Shown here: one piece after another, positions 20,574 through 29,529 of the stretch
How positions within the stretch are numbered: the stretch's first letter is position 1
Layout: every line of letters begins with the position of its first letter
NCBI GenBank assembly: GCA_963847445.1
Contig: CAWJZV010000046.1
Location: 64,001-128,000, forward strand
Direction: 5' to 3'
From: an uncultured delta proteobacterium
Lineage (GTDB): Bacteria; Desulfobacterota; Binatia; UBA9968
Length of the DNA stretch: 64,000 nucleotides
Translations under genes and position numbers: made by a program
The notes under the pieces: generated by a model
The model's input: only the letters and a program-made list of their open reading frames with translations
The model's database searches: none
Told to the model about the DNA's origin: nothing

Positions 20574-20585
20574 TGGAAACTAGGT

Positions 20586-20912
20586 TTCACCACGAAGGAC
20601 ACGAAGAGCACGAAGGTCGGAATACTAATGGTCCGAAACTTTTGTGTCCTTCGTGCCTCCTTCGAAAATACACGTACAGCGATCACCTGCGCAACAATGA
20701 GACTCTCTGTTCCGTCATACCGGCGAAGGCCGGTATCCATCCTCCTCCCGCCTCTGGATGCCGGCCTGCGCCGGCATGACGAGTCTAAGGAATGAACCCT
20801 GGAAACGGGGCTTCCGGCATTTTCATGATCTGTAGGTGAGCGTAAGCTCATGAACACTTCGTGGTGAATCGTCCGGTTCTGAACTTTGTGCCCTTTGCGT
20901 TGTTTGCGGCCA
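20586..20912. repeat. Nested composite repeat (CACGAAG element interrupted by a ~200-nt insert holding a GTCAT hairpin; CTTTGCG arm)
   Basis: Left arm 20586-20615; right arm split into 20639-20655 and 20857-20868; CGTCATACCGGCGAAGGCCGGTATCCA...TGGATGCCGGCCTGCGCCGGCATGACG at 20713-20781. Confidence 0.8.
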
Positions 20913-20922
20913 TTCTTCTGCT

Positions 20923-22065
20923 CTAAAGCCGATACAACGCCTGGGCGTTGCCGTACAACATTTTCTTCCGTTCGCCCGGCGACACGCCGGCTAGGGAGCG
21001 TTCGACGAACTGCCACGAGTCGGGATAGGTCGAGGCGATATGCGGGTAATCGGATTCCCACATGATGTTGTCGACGCCGACGGCGTGGCGCAGTTCGATG
21101 CCGGCCTGCTCGTACCAGAAGTTGACATACACTTGCTCGCGTATCAGCTCGCTTGGGCGCCTCTCTAGCCCATGGCGCCAGAGCTGGCGCCGTTCCCATT
21201 CGTGATCGCAGGCCGATTGCACGCAGCTCACCGAGCCGATGCCGGTTTCGGCGAACACCCACTTTGATTTAGGAAATTTGTCAGCGATGCCGGAGAAAAT
21301 TAAGTTGGGCACGATCTGCGCCGGCCATGACGAGGTCGGCACGGTAAAGGCCGCGTGTTGTTGGTACGGCGTGTAGCCAGCCCATTCGGGGAAGGTTAGC
21401 TTGCGCGCCAAACCGGCGGAGGCGTGAAAGTGGATCGGCATCGCCAGCTCCTGGCAGACATCCCATAACGGATACCAGTAGGGCTCGCCGATATGGGGCA
21501 GCGAAGCGACCATCAAACTGGGCAGCGCGAACATGACGATCCCGCGGTGGCCTTTGCTTTCGGCGCGCCGCACTTCGGCGACGATGGTGTCCATGCCGCA
21601 AAGCAGCGGGATCATCGCCAGGGAAATGAAGCGCTTGCTGGCACGGGTGAGTTCGCCTAAGGAATCGTTGTAGGCCTGCACGCAGGCGATCTCGAACTCG
21701 GCGTCGTTGTATTGGTGAAATGAACTCGGGTCGTTGGGAAAAAGCACTTCGGCGTCGATGCCGTCGGCGTCGAGAGCTTGCAAGCGGTCGGCTGCTAGAT
21801 AGGCTTTGGCTGGAACCTCCTGCCAGCGCTGCGGATAAAGATTGCGCTGGGGATCGCCCATCACCGCCGGGCAGTTGCATACACCGCGGGAGCGCAAAGG
21901 TTGGCCATTGACGAACCAGCGCTCGACCCGTCGGCCTTTGCTCTCAATCTCTTTGATTTGCGGGATGCGCTCGCCGAACTGGTTTTTCGACATGCGATCG
22001 AGGAACGCCGTGGGTTCGGTGACGACATGGGAGTCGGCGCTAATCAGGCCGTGGCGAATTTCCAT
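20923..22065 (-). CDS. Amidohydrolase_2-family metallo-hydrolase/decarboxylase
   Basis: ISADSH, PIHFH, FAETG, WESDYPH, NAQALY. Confidence 0.9.
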   Translation of the reverse strand: MEIRHGLISADSHVVTEPTAFLDRMSKNQFGERIPQIKEIESKGRRVERWFVNGQPLRSRGVCNCPAVMGDPQRNLYPQRWQEVPAKAYLAADRLQALDADGIDAEVLFPNDPSSFHQYNDAEFEIACVQAYNDSLGELTRASKRFISLAMIPLLCGMDTIVAEVRRAESKGHRGIVMFALPSLMVASLPHIGEPYWYPLWDVCQELAMPIHFHASAGLARKLTFPEWAGYTPYQQHAAFTVPTSSWPAQIVPNLIFSGIADKFPKSKWVFAETGIGSVSCVQSACDHEWERRQLWRHGLERRPSELIREQVYVNFWYEQAGIELRHAVGVDNIMWESDYPHIASTYPDSWQFVERSLAGVSPGERKKMLYGNAQALYRL

Positions 22066-22157
22066 GGCGATTCTCCGGTGTTCTTTTGGATTCCAGCGCC
22101 GCAAGAAAAACTTCGATGTGATTCATTCGCCGCAAACTTGAACCTGCCGACTGAATT

Positions 22158-22838
22158 CTAATCCATTTCCGCCAGCGCCGCGGCGATGGCGCCGTGAAAG
22201 CTCCGTTCGATGGCGAGGGACTCTTCAGCGCCGCGCAGCATTTGCTGCGCGGTAAGATCGTCGACGACGTAACGATTGAAAACTTCGGCGAGCAGATCGG
22301 TATGATCGACGTCGGCGATCAGATGCACCTGGACGTTGATGTCCTGGTCTTTCTTTTTGATGCCAAGTTCAACTTCCTGGCGCTTCACCAGCCGTTGCGT
22401 GAGCGTGCCGCCGGTGACGATGTGGTCGTTGTTGCGCCGTTCCAAGATATGCGAGCAGGCCAGCCCTTCGAGCCAGGGTTTTTCTTGCGCACAGTGAAGC
22501 CAGGCATAAAATGCCGCCCGCGCACCGGGGATCATGTCCGACTCTTTATAGTCGCCCAGGTCGTCCTCGGTGACATGGGCCTTGCCCATGCGCGGGTCAT
22601 AGATGAGCTCGTCTTTCTCATGCTCCCAGATGGCGCGCTTGACGTCGAGCGGCGCCTTGCAGGCCACCGCCGCCCAACAGTCGCGCCGGTTGTTGCTGAA
22701 GAAATTCATGTGCTGGTGGCGAAAAGCGAGTCTGGCGGGATTGAGCGGCACGGCGAGCATGCGCTTGATCTCGGCTGTGTCGTACCACTGGTTGACCATG
22801 ACATTTAATTGCCGTTCGACGTCGGACCATCTGCTCAT
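22158..22838 (-). CDS. Heme-oxygenase-like diiron protein (CADD/PqqC/TenA-like fold)
   Basis: EHEKDEL...KAH, HILE, HLIADVDH (HxxxDxxH); predicted all-helical. Confidence 0.7.
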   Translation of the reverse strand: MSRWSDVERQLNVMVNQWYDTAEIKRMLAVPLNPARLAFRHQHMNFFSNNRRDCWAAVACKAPLDVKRAIWEHEKDELIYDPRMGKAHVTEDDLGDYKESDMIPGARAAFYAWLHCAQEKPWLEGLACSHILERRNNDHIVTGGTLTQRLVKRQEVELGIKKKDQDINVQVHLIADVDHTDLLAEVFNRYVVDDLTAQQMLRGAEESLAIERSFHGAIAAALAEMD

Positions 22839-23023
22839 CGGATTTTCCTTCAAAACGAGATTGCCGCGCGCGCTGGCCTCGCGGATCTGACGCGAATATA
22901 TGTCGGCGGCGAAACGGCTGTCAATCAAACCTGGCTAGGGCCGGCGGGGAAAAGCGATGGGACTGGAACTTCGGCTGGAAGTTTCAATGGCGGTTACTTC
23001 CTGACCGACGGCGTGGGTGCACG

Positions 23024-23269
23024 CTAGAGGTTCATGCGACGGTCGATGTGGTTGCAGGCGAACCGGCGCATGTAAGCTTCGGCTTCGGTGGAGGTGTCAA
23101 AGGTGCGTTGGCTGGTGAATTCGAAATAGTGCCCGTCGACAAAGGCGATATGTCCCTTCCAGCTCCAGGAGTAGGTATCGCGATCCCGCTTCATGACCCC
23201 GACGAATGGCTGACTGCGATGCGTATCGGCGATCTTATAGCGGGATTTTTCCTCATTGCTCTGTGTCAT
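23024..23269 (-). CDS. Hypothetical protein
   Basis: 81-aa ORF co-oriented with neighbours; no family recognised. Confidence 0.55.
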   Translation of the reverse strand: MTQSNEEKSRYKIADTHRSQPFVGVMKRDRDTYSWSWKGHIAFVDGHYFEFTSQRTFDTSTEAEAYMRRFACNHIDRRMNL

Positions 23270-23347
23270 GTCGGTCAGTCTAGTGCTTGCTAGAGGCGAT
23301 AGCAATCATCCGCTGGCGCGGCGCACGGCTTCAAGCGCGCCGCAACT

Positions 23348-24013
23348 TCAAAGTTTTCTTTGGGCGCGCGCAAAGCTCATCATGCGGCCGTGGGGGTGGA
23401 TGCTCGCTTCACCGCTGCAATGAAATCGCTGCTCGGTTCGGCTGTAGCCTGCCGCGTTCATTTGGCTGCTGAACTGGCCGCATCGCTTGCGGCCGGGATC
23501 GGCGAGGATGACTTGGGCGGCCGACTCGGTATGGCAGGCGAGAAATGCCGACAATAGGGCGGGATGACCACGTTCGTAGAGCAGATCGCTACCGACGATG
23601 AGGTCGAAGCGGCCGAGATCGGGATTCGGGCCGGCCCATGGGGCGTTGTGAAATTTGATCGGCGGCAGGTCGTTCAGGTCGCTGTTGAAGCGGAGAAATT
23701 CCTCCGCCAGGGGATGATAATCTGTTGCCGTGATGTCGGCGCCCTGGCGTTGCAGGACTAGACTCGACAAGCCGATGCCGCAGCCGACCTCGAGGATTTT
23801 CAAGCCGGCAAATGTCAAATGACTCATCTCTTGCGCCAGCGCGATGCCCGCCGGCCACACGACGCCGAAGATCGGCCAGGTTGCCGAGGAAATGCCGGCC
23901 CGCTCAGCCCGGCCATCAGGATCCCAATACTGCCGGCGGTTGCAAAGCGCCCGGATCCGATAATCTTCGGCACCGATGCGGTAGGTCGAGGTCTCGACCG
24001 AGTATCCCGGCAT
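23348..24013 (-). CDS. SAM-dependent methyltransferase (Methyltransf_16/Nnt1-like)
   Basis: FGVVWPAG, ILEVGCGIGL, ATDY, IVGSDLLYE, ADPGR. Confidence 0.85.
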   Translation of the reverse strand: MPGYSVETSTYRIGAEDYRIRALCNRRQYWDPDGRAERAGISSATWPIFGVVWPAGIALAQEMSHLTFAGLKILEVGCGIGLSSLVLQRQGADITATDYHPLAEEFLRFNSDLNDLPPIKFHNAPWAGPNPDLGRFDLIVGSDLLYERGHPALLSAFLACHTESAAQVILADPGRKRCGQFSSQMNAAGYSRTEQRFHCSGEASIHPHGRMMSFARAQRKL

Positions 24014-24079
24014 GCCAATGACTCCTTTGGCGTTTCGCTAGAAACGCCGCTGGCGGTTGCGGCAACGATAACGCGGAGG

Positions 24080-24577
24080 CTAGGACAGAGAACGGTGCAT
24101 TTCAAAATTGAGCAGCGCTTGATCGTTACGATAGGGTTCGTTTCGGCCCGTGAGGGCAAAACCGAGGCTCTGATAAAACCGCGCGGCATGATCGTTGTTG
24201 CTGGTAACCATCAGGCACAAGTATAGCATATCTTGCGCGCGAGCCCAGGCGGCCACCGCGTCGACTAACATACGGCCGATTCCCAGACGGCGGTGCGGCG
24301 GCGCAACCCACATCGACATGAGGTGCGCGCGCTGGTAATCGTTTCGATCGCGAACTCCCGCCGCAATACCAACAGCATTGCCGGCGGCCATCGCGAGATA
24401 AGCGACAGAGTTGACGCCGCTCCACTGCGATGCGCGTTTCAGCCAGTCGGCGTCGGTGAGTTTCAATTCTTCAGCATAGGTGGAGCTGAATGCGGTGGGA
24501 GAGTCTTGCAAAGCGCGCAGGCGAATGTTTTTGAAGACCGGCGCGCTTGTCGGACCGATCTGCTCAAGTTGGATCAT
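24080..24577 (-). CDS. GNAT acetyltransferase
   Basis: SMWVAPPHRRLGIGRML, NDHAARFYQSLGF. Confidence 0.9.
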   Translation of the reverse strand: MIQLEQIGPTSAPVFKNIRLRALQDSPTAFSSTYAEELKLTDADWLKRASQWSGVNSVAYLAMAAGNAVGIAAGVRDRNDYQRAHLMSMWVAPPHRRLGIGRMLVDAVAAWARAQDMLYLCLMVTSNNDHAARFYQSLGFALTGRNEPYRNDQALLNFEMHRSLS

Positions 24578-25053
24578 GACTTGTTCATCGAAGTTCTTAC
24601 TCGATCCTCCGCGATTCGTTTAAGGCCATTCTGCTTCGTCGATACGAACCAGTGCATGTGGCGGCGCAGGAAGAGGCGGTCGACAAGGCGTCCGACGATG
24701 CCGAGGGGCGGCTCCCATTCGAGTGTGTCGCGCATGGTGGTGACGCCGTCGTAAAACTCGAATTCGTGAAAGTGGCGCAGCCATTTGAAAGCGCCTTGAA
24801 CCATCTCGTCGTCAAAACGATGCGGGCGGTCAAGCGCGGTGATCCGCGCGACGAAGCGCTGCTTGATGCCAAGGTGGCGGCCTTCGAAGGCGACCAGGTC
24901 GCCAAGTTCGAGCAATCCTTCGGTACGCCCCGGCGGGACGATGCGTTCCGATGAAAACGCCGCCGATTCGCTGTGGGCGTCTACGTCGCGCGCGAGGTCG
25001 AAACAGAGTTCGATGGGCGCGCGGATTTTTGTTTCGATGACGATGGAAGTCAC
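24574..25053 (-). CDS. SRPBCC family protein
   Basis: IRAPIELCFDLAR, FDDEMVQGAFK, HFHEF, TTMRD. Confidence 0.85.
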   Translation of the reverse strand: MTSIVIETKIRAPIELCFDLARDVDAHSESAAFSSERIVPPGRTEGLLELGDLVAFEGRHLGIKQRFVARITALDRPHRFDDEMVQGAFKWLRHFHEFEFYDGVTTMRDTLEWEPPLGIVGRLVDRLFLRRHMHWFVSTKQNGLKRIAEDRVRTSMNKS

Positions 25054-25338
25054 GAATTTCCCGAACTCTTTACCGATATTGCAGGCACTTTAGACAAATA
25101 GGGATCGCGTGTACTTGCGCAAGCCGGGAGGGGTGGGCGACTGACGACATCGCGCCCCGTGAATCGTTTGCCCGGACCGGAATTCCATCGATGAGGACGT
25201 AGACTATCATCTCGCGCCTATTTCCGTCGACAGGCTAATGTTCGTCGCCCCGTTGCATTCGTAGATCTTCTCGATGTGACCTCTCTGGCAATTATAACTC
25301 CATGAGTCTGATTTTGCCGCGGATGGAGTAGATGGATG

Positions 25339-25365
25339 AGATTTCTCGCCTTGCTCGAAATGACA
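25339..25365. repeat. Half copy of the GTCAT...ATGAC element
   Basis: AGATTTCTCGCCTTGCTCGAAATGACA matches the right half of 12192-12250. Confidence 0.6.
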
Positions 25366-25637
25366 GAGTTGAATTTGCCGTTAGTCCGAACGAAGCGGGG
25401 TAACTTGCCCGGCAGAACTATTAACGGTCGGCGGTGCGTTGAGAGATCTTATCTCAGCCATTATGACACGATCGCGCTTTGATAAGCTCGGTGGCCGTTA
25501 GGCGATCGGCCGACATGACGTTATATCGGCGCTGCCCGCGCGCATCGTGATGGACTTGCGCGGATCGCCGTTGTCGCCTATTTTCGCCGCTGATGGACAG
25601 TGCTTTATCGTTCGACGCGATCGATGGAGGGTTTCGG

Positions 25638-26603
25638 ATGAAAAGATTGGTTTCGATTGTGTTGCTTTTCTCGGCGCTGTTCGCGCCGATGGCTGGGTTC
25701 GGGGCGGCGCCACGGAGCGGCGCCGGCGAGAAGGTAATCATCGGGTTGCCGACCACGTCGATGAGTATGCTGCCGGTGTTTTTCGCCCACGACAAGGGAT
25801 TTTTCCGGGAGGAGGGAATCGAGCCGCAGCTGGTATTTGTCGGCGGACGGCTGCAGGTCCCCGCTTTGGTAGCGGGCGAGGTCGATTTCAGCGCGTCGGC
25901 GGAAACTGTGTTGCGCGCCGCGGTTCAGGGCCTGCCGCTCAAAGTTGTCGTGTATATGAATTCGCGGATGGCGGTCTCCTTGATGGCTGCGCCGGATATT
26001 AAAACCATCGCCGGCTTGAAAGGACGCTCCATCGCCGTCACCTCTATCGGCGGCAGTTTGGACTATGCCGCGCGGGAAATCTTGGCGAAGAACGGGCTCA
26101 ATCCGGAAAGAGACGCGCGCTTTGTCGGCATCGCGCAGAGCGAGCAGATGCTCGCTTTATCGGCCGGCTCGATTCATGCCGCCATGCTGACTCCGCCCTT
26201 CGATGCGATGATGGAAAAGAAAGGCTTCAGGCGCCTGGTATTCGTCGGCGATGTTCTCGACTACCCACAGGGCGGTCTGGCGACCACCGACAAGAAAATT
26301 CAGGAAAATCCCGCGCAGGTGAAGCGTGTCGTGCGGACGATGGTGCGGTCGCTGATCCGGATCCGGCAAAATCGCGACGAGTTGGTCGGCTACATCGCGC
26401 AACGGTGGAAAATGGCGCCGGAATTTGCCGCGGCCAGCTATGACACCATGCTCAAAGCGTACAGCCCGGACGGCATGACAAGCGCGCAGTCGATCCAAAG
26501 CGTGATCGACTCGATCAAAGGGCGCAATCCCGCCGTCGGTATCTCCCAGGTGGTCAACTTCGCATCTCTCGAAGAGGTGCAGCGCGAAATGAAACTCAAA
26601 TAA
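25638..26603 (+). CDS. NMT1/SsuA-like ABC substrate-binding protein (orphan)
   Basis: GGAGG RBS, signal peptide, KGFFREEGI, LKGRSIAV, GLNPERD. Confidence 0.9.
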   Translation: MKRLVSIVLLFSALFAPMAGFGAAPRSGAGEKVIIGLPTTSMSMLPVFFAHDKGFFREEGIEPQLVFVGGRLQVPALVAGEVDFSASAETVLRAAVQGLPLKVVVYMNSRMAVSLMAAPDIKTIAGLKGRSIAVTSIGGSLDYAAREILAKNGLNPERDARFVGIAQSEQMLALSAGSIHAAMLTPPFDAMMEKKGFRRLVFVGDVLDYPQGGLATTDKKIQENPAQVKRVVRTMVRSLIRIRQNRDELVGYIAQRWKMAPEFAAASYDTMLKAYSPDGMTSAQSIQSVIDSIKGRNPAVGISQVVNFASLEEVQREMKLK

Positions 26604-26604
26604 A

Positions 26605-27634
26605 TTATTTCTCGAGCAATCGCTTCATCCGCTCGACGACTTCCTTCGGTTGGGCGATGACTTCGCGGGCGAGAGTTGCCAGCTCTTCGCCGCCGACCGG
26701 GTCGATTTCCAGTCTTCGCTCTTTGGCTTGCGCCTGAAAGTCCGGGTCGGTGATGGTTTTCTTGAACGCGCTCTGAATTATTTTTGCCCGCTCCGGCGGC
26801 AGGCCGGGCGAGCTGACATAGGGACGGCCAAAGGCGCCGACGGCGAGGATGATCGTCGCCAGCCGTATGCCTGCTTCCGGAGTTTTATGTTCGCTCATCA
26901 GCTCCCAGATCGTCGGCACGTCGGCCAACCGTGGGTCGCGCTTCTTACCGGTTTGGATTAGCACGCGGACGAAACCGGACTTGTGCCAGCCGATCAGCGG
27001 TTCGCGGCCGAATAGGGTCTCGATTGAAATCCCCCGGCACTGCACCTCTTCTCGCTCGACGGCCAATTCGATATCAGGACCGTCCTTATAGCCGGTGAGC
27101 GTCTGGAATTTGGCGCCGAGGGTTTCCTCCAACAGGTTGCCGGTGTAGTAGCCGGTCGAAGACGTGCCGGTGGCGCCGCATTTCGGCGGCACGGCCGCTT
27201 TGCGCACGTCGGCGATGGTTTTGTACGGCGTGTTGGCGCGAATATAGATGAGCTGTTCGACCTGGGTCGGACTGCCGAGCCAGGTAAACTTCGGCCAATC
27301 GAACTGCACCTGTTGTCTCCCGACCAGTTGATCGAAATAGAGGCCGCCGCGAATGCCGCCAAGCGTGAGGCCGTCGGGCTTGGCGATTTTGTAAACGTAA
27401 TTGGCGGCGATCATCGCGCCCGCGCCCGGCATGTTCTGCACGATCATGTTGGGATTGCCGGGAATATGTTTGGCGAGATAGCGCGCGATCAATCGCGTCC
27501 ATGCGTCGTCGACGCTGCCGGCGCCGTAGCCGGCGACGATGCGGATGGTTTTGTCTTGGTAGAACGGCGCCTGTGCCGAGGCGTTGACCGAGCGCAACGA
27601 AGACGAGAGCGAGAACGAACAGGATTCGTTTCAT
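26605..27634 (-). CDS. TctC/Bug-like substrate-binding protein (orphan), indel in signal peptide
   Basis: FYQDKTIRIVAG, HIPGNP, QNMPGAG, KPDGLT, AVEREEV, DVPT. Confidence 0.85.
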
Positions 27635-27786
27635 GACAACCTCCCGTGCGTGACTTGACCGGAGGCGATCATAGCGAGGTTGCCGGGACGCTTACAAGGG
27701 CGGGAAACGAGAAAATAATTCACCGCAAAGACGCCGAGAGAGAATATTTTCTTCCGACTGCCCTACGCCGCCGCGGTGCAATCCTT

Positions 27787-29304
27787 TCACGACTGTGCCT
27801 TGATAAACTCCGCGGCCCGTTCGGCGATCATCATGACCGTGAGATTGGTGTTGGCGTGGACCACGGTGGGCATGATGGAGGCGTCGCCGACCCAGAGGTT
27901 TTCGAAGCCATGCACGCGCAGGTGTTGATCGACCACGGCCATGGGGTCCGAGGCGGGTCCCATCTTGCAGGTGCCGACCCCGTGGTAGTAGCTCGTGTAG
28001 GACGAGCGCGCGAATTTTTCCCAGTCTTCCTTGGGGTTTGGCGAGAATAGCTCGCCGAAAAACTCACTTAGCGGCGCGCTGCTGGCGAGGCGCTGGACGA
28101 ACTTCATCGCCGCCAGCATCGCTGCGATGTCTTGAGGATGTTCCAAGACCTGCGGATCGATGTTCGGCAGATCGTTGGGATCGGCGCTCTGGAGCGTGAG
28201 CCGGCCGCGGTTGGTTTGCTCCAAGAGATTGCACGAGAAGCCCAACATGTCGCCGATACCCGACAGATTGATCGCCTCGCGGGGAATGATGTGGAAATTG
28301 AGATACTCGCGCGCCGGGTCAGTCTTAAAGTATAACTTCAAGCTCGACCGGCCGCGCATGAGCGGCTTCTTGTTCGCCGGGTTTGATTTGAACGTCATCG
28401 TCAGCATCGGGTGATCTTGATAGTTCTCGCCGATACCGGCCATGTCCTGGACCAGTGGAATTCCATGTTGTTTTAGCTGCGCGCTTGGACCGATGCCCGA
28501 CAGCATCATGATCTGCGGCGAGTGATAGACGCCGGCGCTCAGCACGACTTTGTCCGCGGTGACGGTGTGATCCTGCCCGTCTTTGCGATAGCGCACGCCG
28601 GTGACCCGCTTGCCTTTCAAGAGAAGCGAGCTGACCGAAGCTTCGTCGATGATCGTCAGATTGCTTCGTTGGCGCGCGGGATTGAGGTACATCACCGTTG
28701 CCGACTGGCGCTTGCCGTTTTTACTGTTGCGCGCCACCGGTGCCACGCCGTAGGGATTGGCAATGTTTTGGTCCAAAAATCGCGGCATGCCGAGCTTAGC
28801 CAAAGTTTCGAGCAACGCCTGCTCTTGCTCGCCCATCTCGACGTCGAACAGATGCTTGCGCTTGACGTAGATCGGTCCCGAGTTGCCGTGGATCGGGTCG
28901 TCGGGAAAATCCTGATCGGCCTCCATCCGTTTTAACACCGGCAAGACTTTTTCCCAGGACCAATCGGGATTGCCCTGGCCCGCCCAAGTATCGAGATCGG
29001 CCTTGATCGGCCGCGGTATCGCCATCATGTTGACCGACGACCCACCGCCGGTGATGCGCCCGGCCAGCGAATAGAACTCACTGCCGTCATAGTTGCGCTT
29101 GGTCGGGTACATTTGAATGTACGGGCTTTCGAGCAAGACGTGGGTCGTCTTCTCGGCATCGGCCACGGTATCGGGAATCGGCTGCGGGTCCGGTCCGGCT
29201 TCGAGCAGCAGCACTTTGCGCTTCGGTTCCTCGGAAAGCCGTGCCGCTAATACGCAGCCGGCTGAACCGCCGCCGACAACGATGACGTCGTAATGATCAG
29301 ACAT
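27787..29304 (-). CDS. GMC-family FAD oxidoreductase (choline dehydrogenase-like)
   Basis: VVGGGSAG, GGGSSVN, SPQIMMLSGIG, YHGVGTCKMG, DASIMP, NTN. Confidence 0.95.
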   Translation of the reverse strand: MSDHYDVIVVGGGSAGCVLAARLSEEPKRKVLLLEAGPDPQPIPDTVADAEKTTHVLLESPYIQMYPTKRNYDGSEFYSLAGRITGGGSSVNMMAIPRPIKADLDTWAGQGNPDWSWEKVLPVLKRMEADQDFPDDPIHGNSGPIYVKRKHLFDVEMGEQEQALLETLAKLGMPRFLDQNIANPYGVAPVARNSKNGKRQSATVMYLNPARQRSNLTIIDEASVSSLLLKGKRVTGVRYRKDGQDHTVTADKVVLSAGVYHSPQIMMLSGIGPSAQLKQHGIPLVQDMAGIGENYQDHPMLTMTFKSNPANKKPLMRGRSSLKLYFKTDPAREYLNFHIIPREAINLSGIGDMLGFSCNLLEQTNRGRLTLQSADPNDLPNIDPQVLEHPQDIAAMLAAMKFVQRLASSAPLSEFFGELFSPNPKEDWEKFARSSYTSYYHGVGTCKMGPASDPMAVVDQHLRVHGFENLWVGDASIMPTVVHANTNLTVMMIAERAAEFIKAQS

Positions 29305-29327
29305 GAGAAACTCCTAAGAATAATAAC

Positions 29328-29372
29328 GTTCAAGCCGTTCAAATCGTTGAATCGCTGCGCTCCGTTCAAAAC
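29328..29372 (+). repeat. GTTCAA 9-mer array with CGCTGCGCTCC insert
   Basis: GTTCAAGCC GTTCAAATC GTTGAAT CGCTGCGCTCC GTTCAAAAC. Confidence 0.7.
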
Positions 29373-29421
29373 GATCTGAATTTAAGGCCTCAGTACCCTT
29401 TGATCATGGGCAATCAGTTTG

Positions 29422-29438
29422 AGCTAGGCTCATGCCAA
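29422..29438 (-). promoter_or_regulatory. Candidate sigma54 (-24/-12) promoter for the GMC gene
   Basis: Minus strand TTGGCATGAGCCTAGCT: GG-N10-GC spacing, with TAGC rather than TTGC at -12. Confidence 0.4.
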
Positions 29439-29529
29439 TTCTTCGAACAGAGTCGTGTTCCTTCAACCCAATACTTTCAGTTCTCCAACTCCGTGACACT
29501 ATGACTCTGTGGCGAATGACCAAACCAGT

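Noticed and set aside
25060-25620. Possible small genes or ncRNA in this gap
   Set aside because: No convincing ORF with RBS and no recognisable RNA motif apart from the half repeat at 25339.
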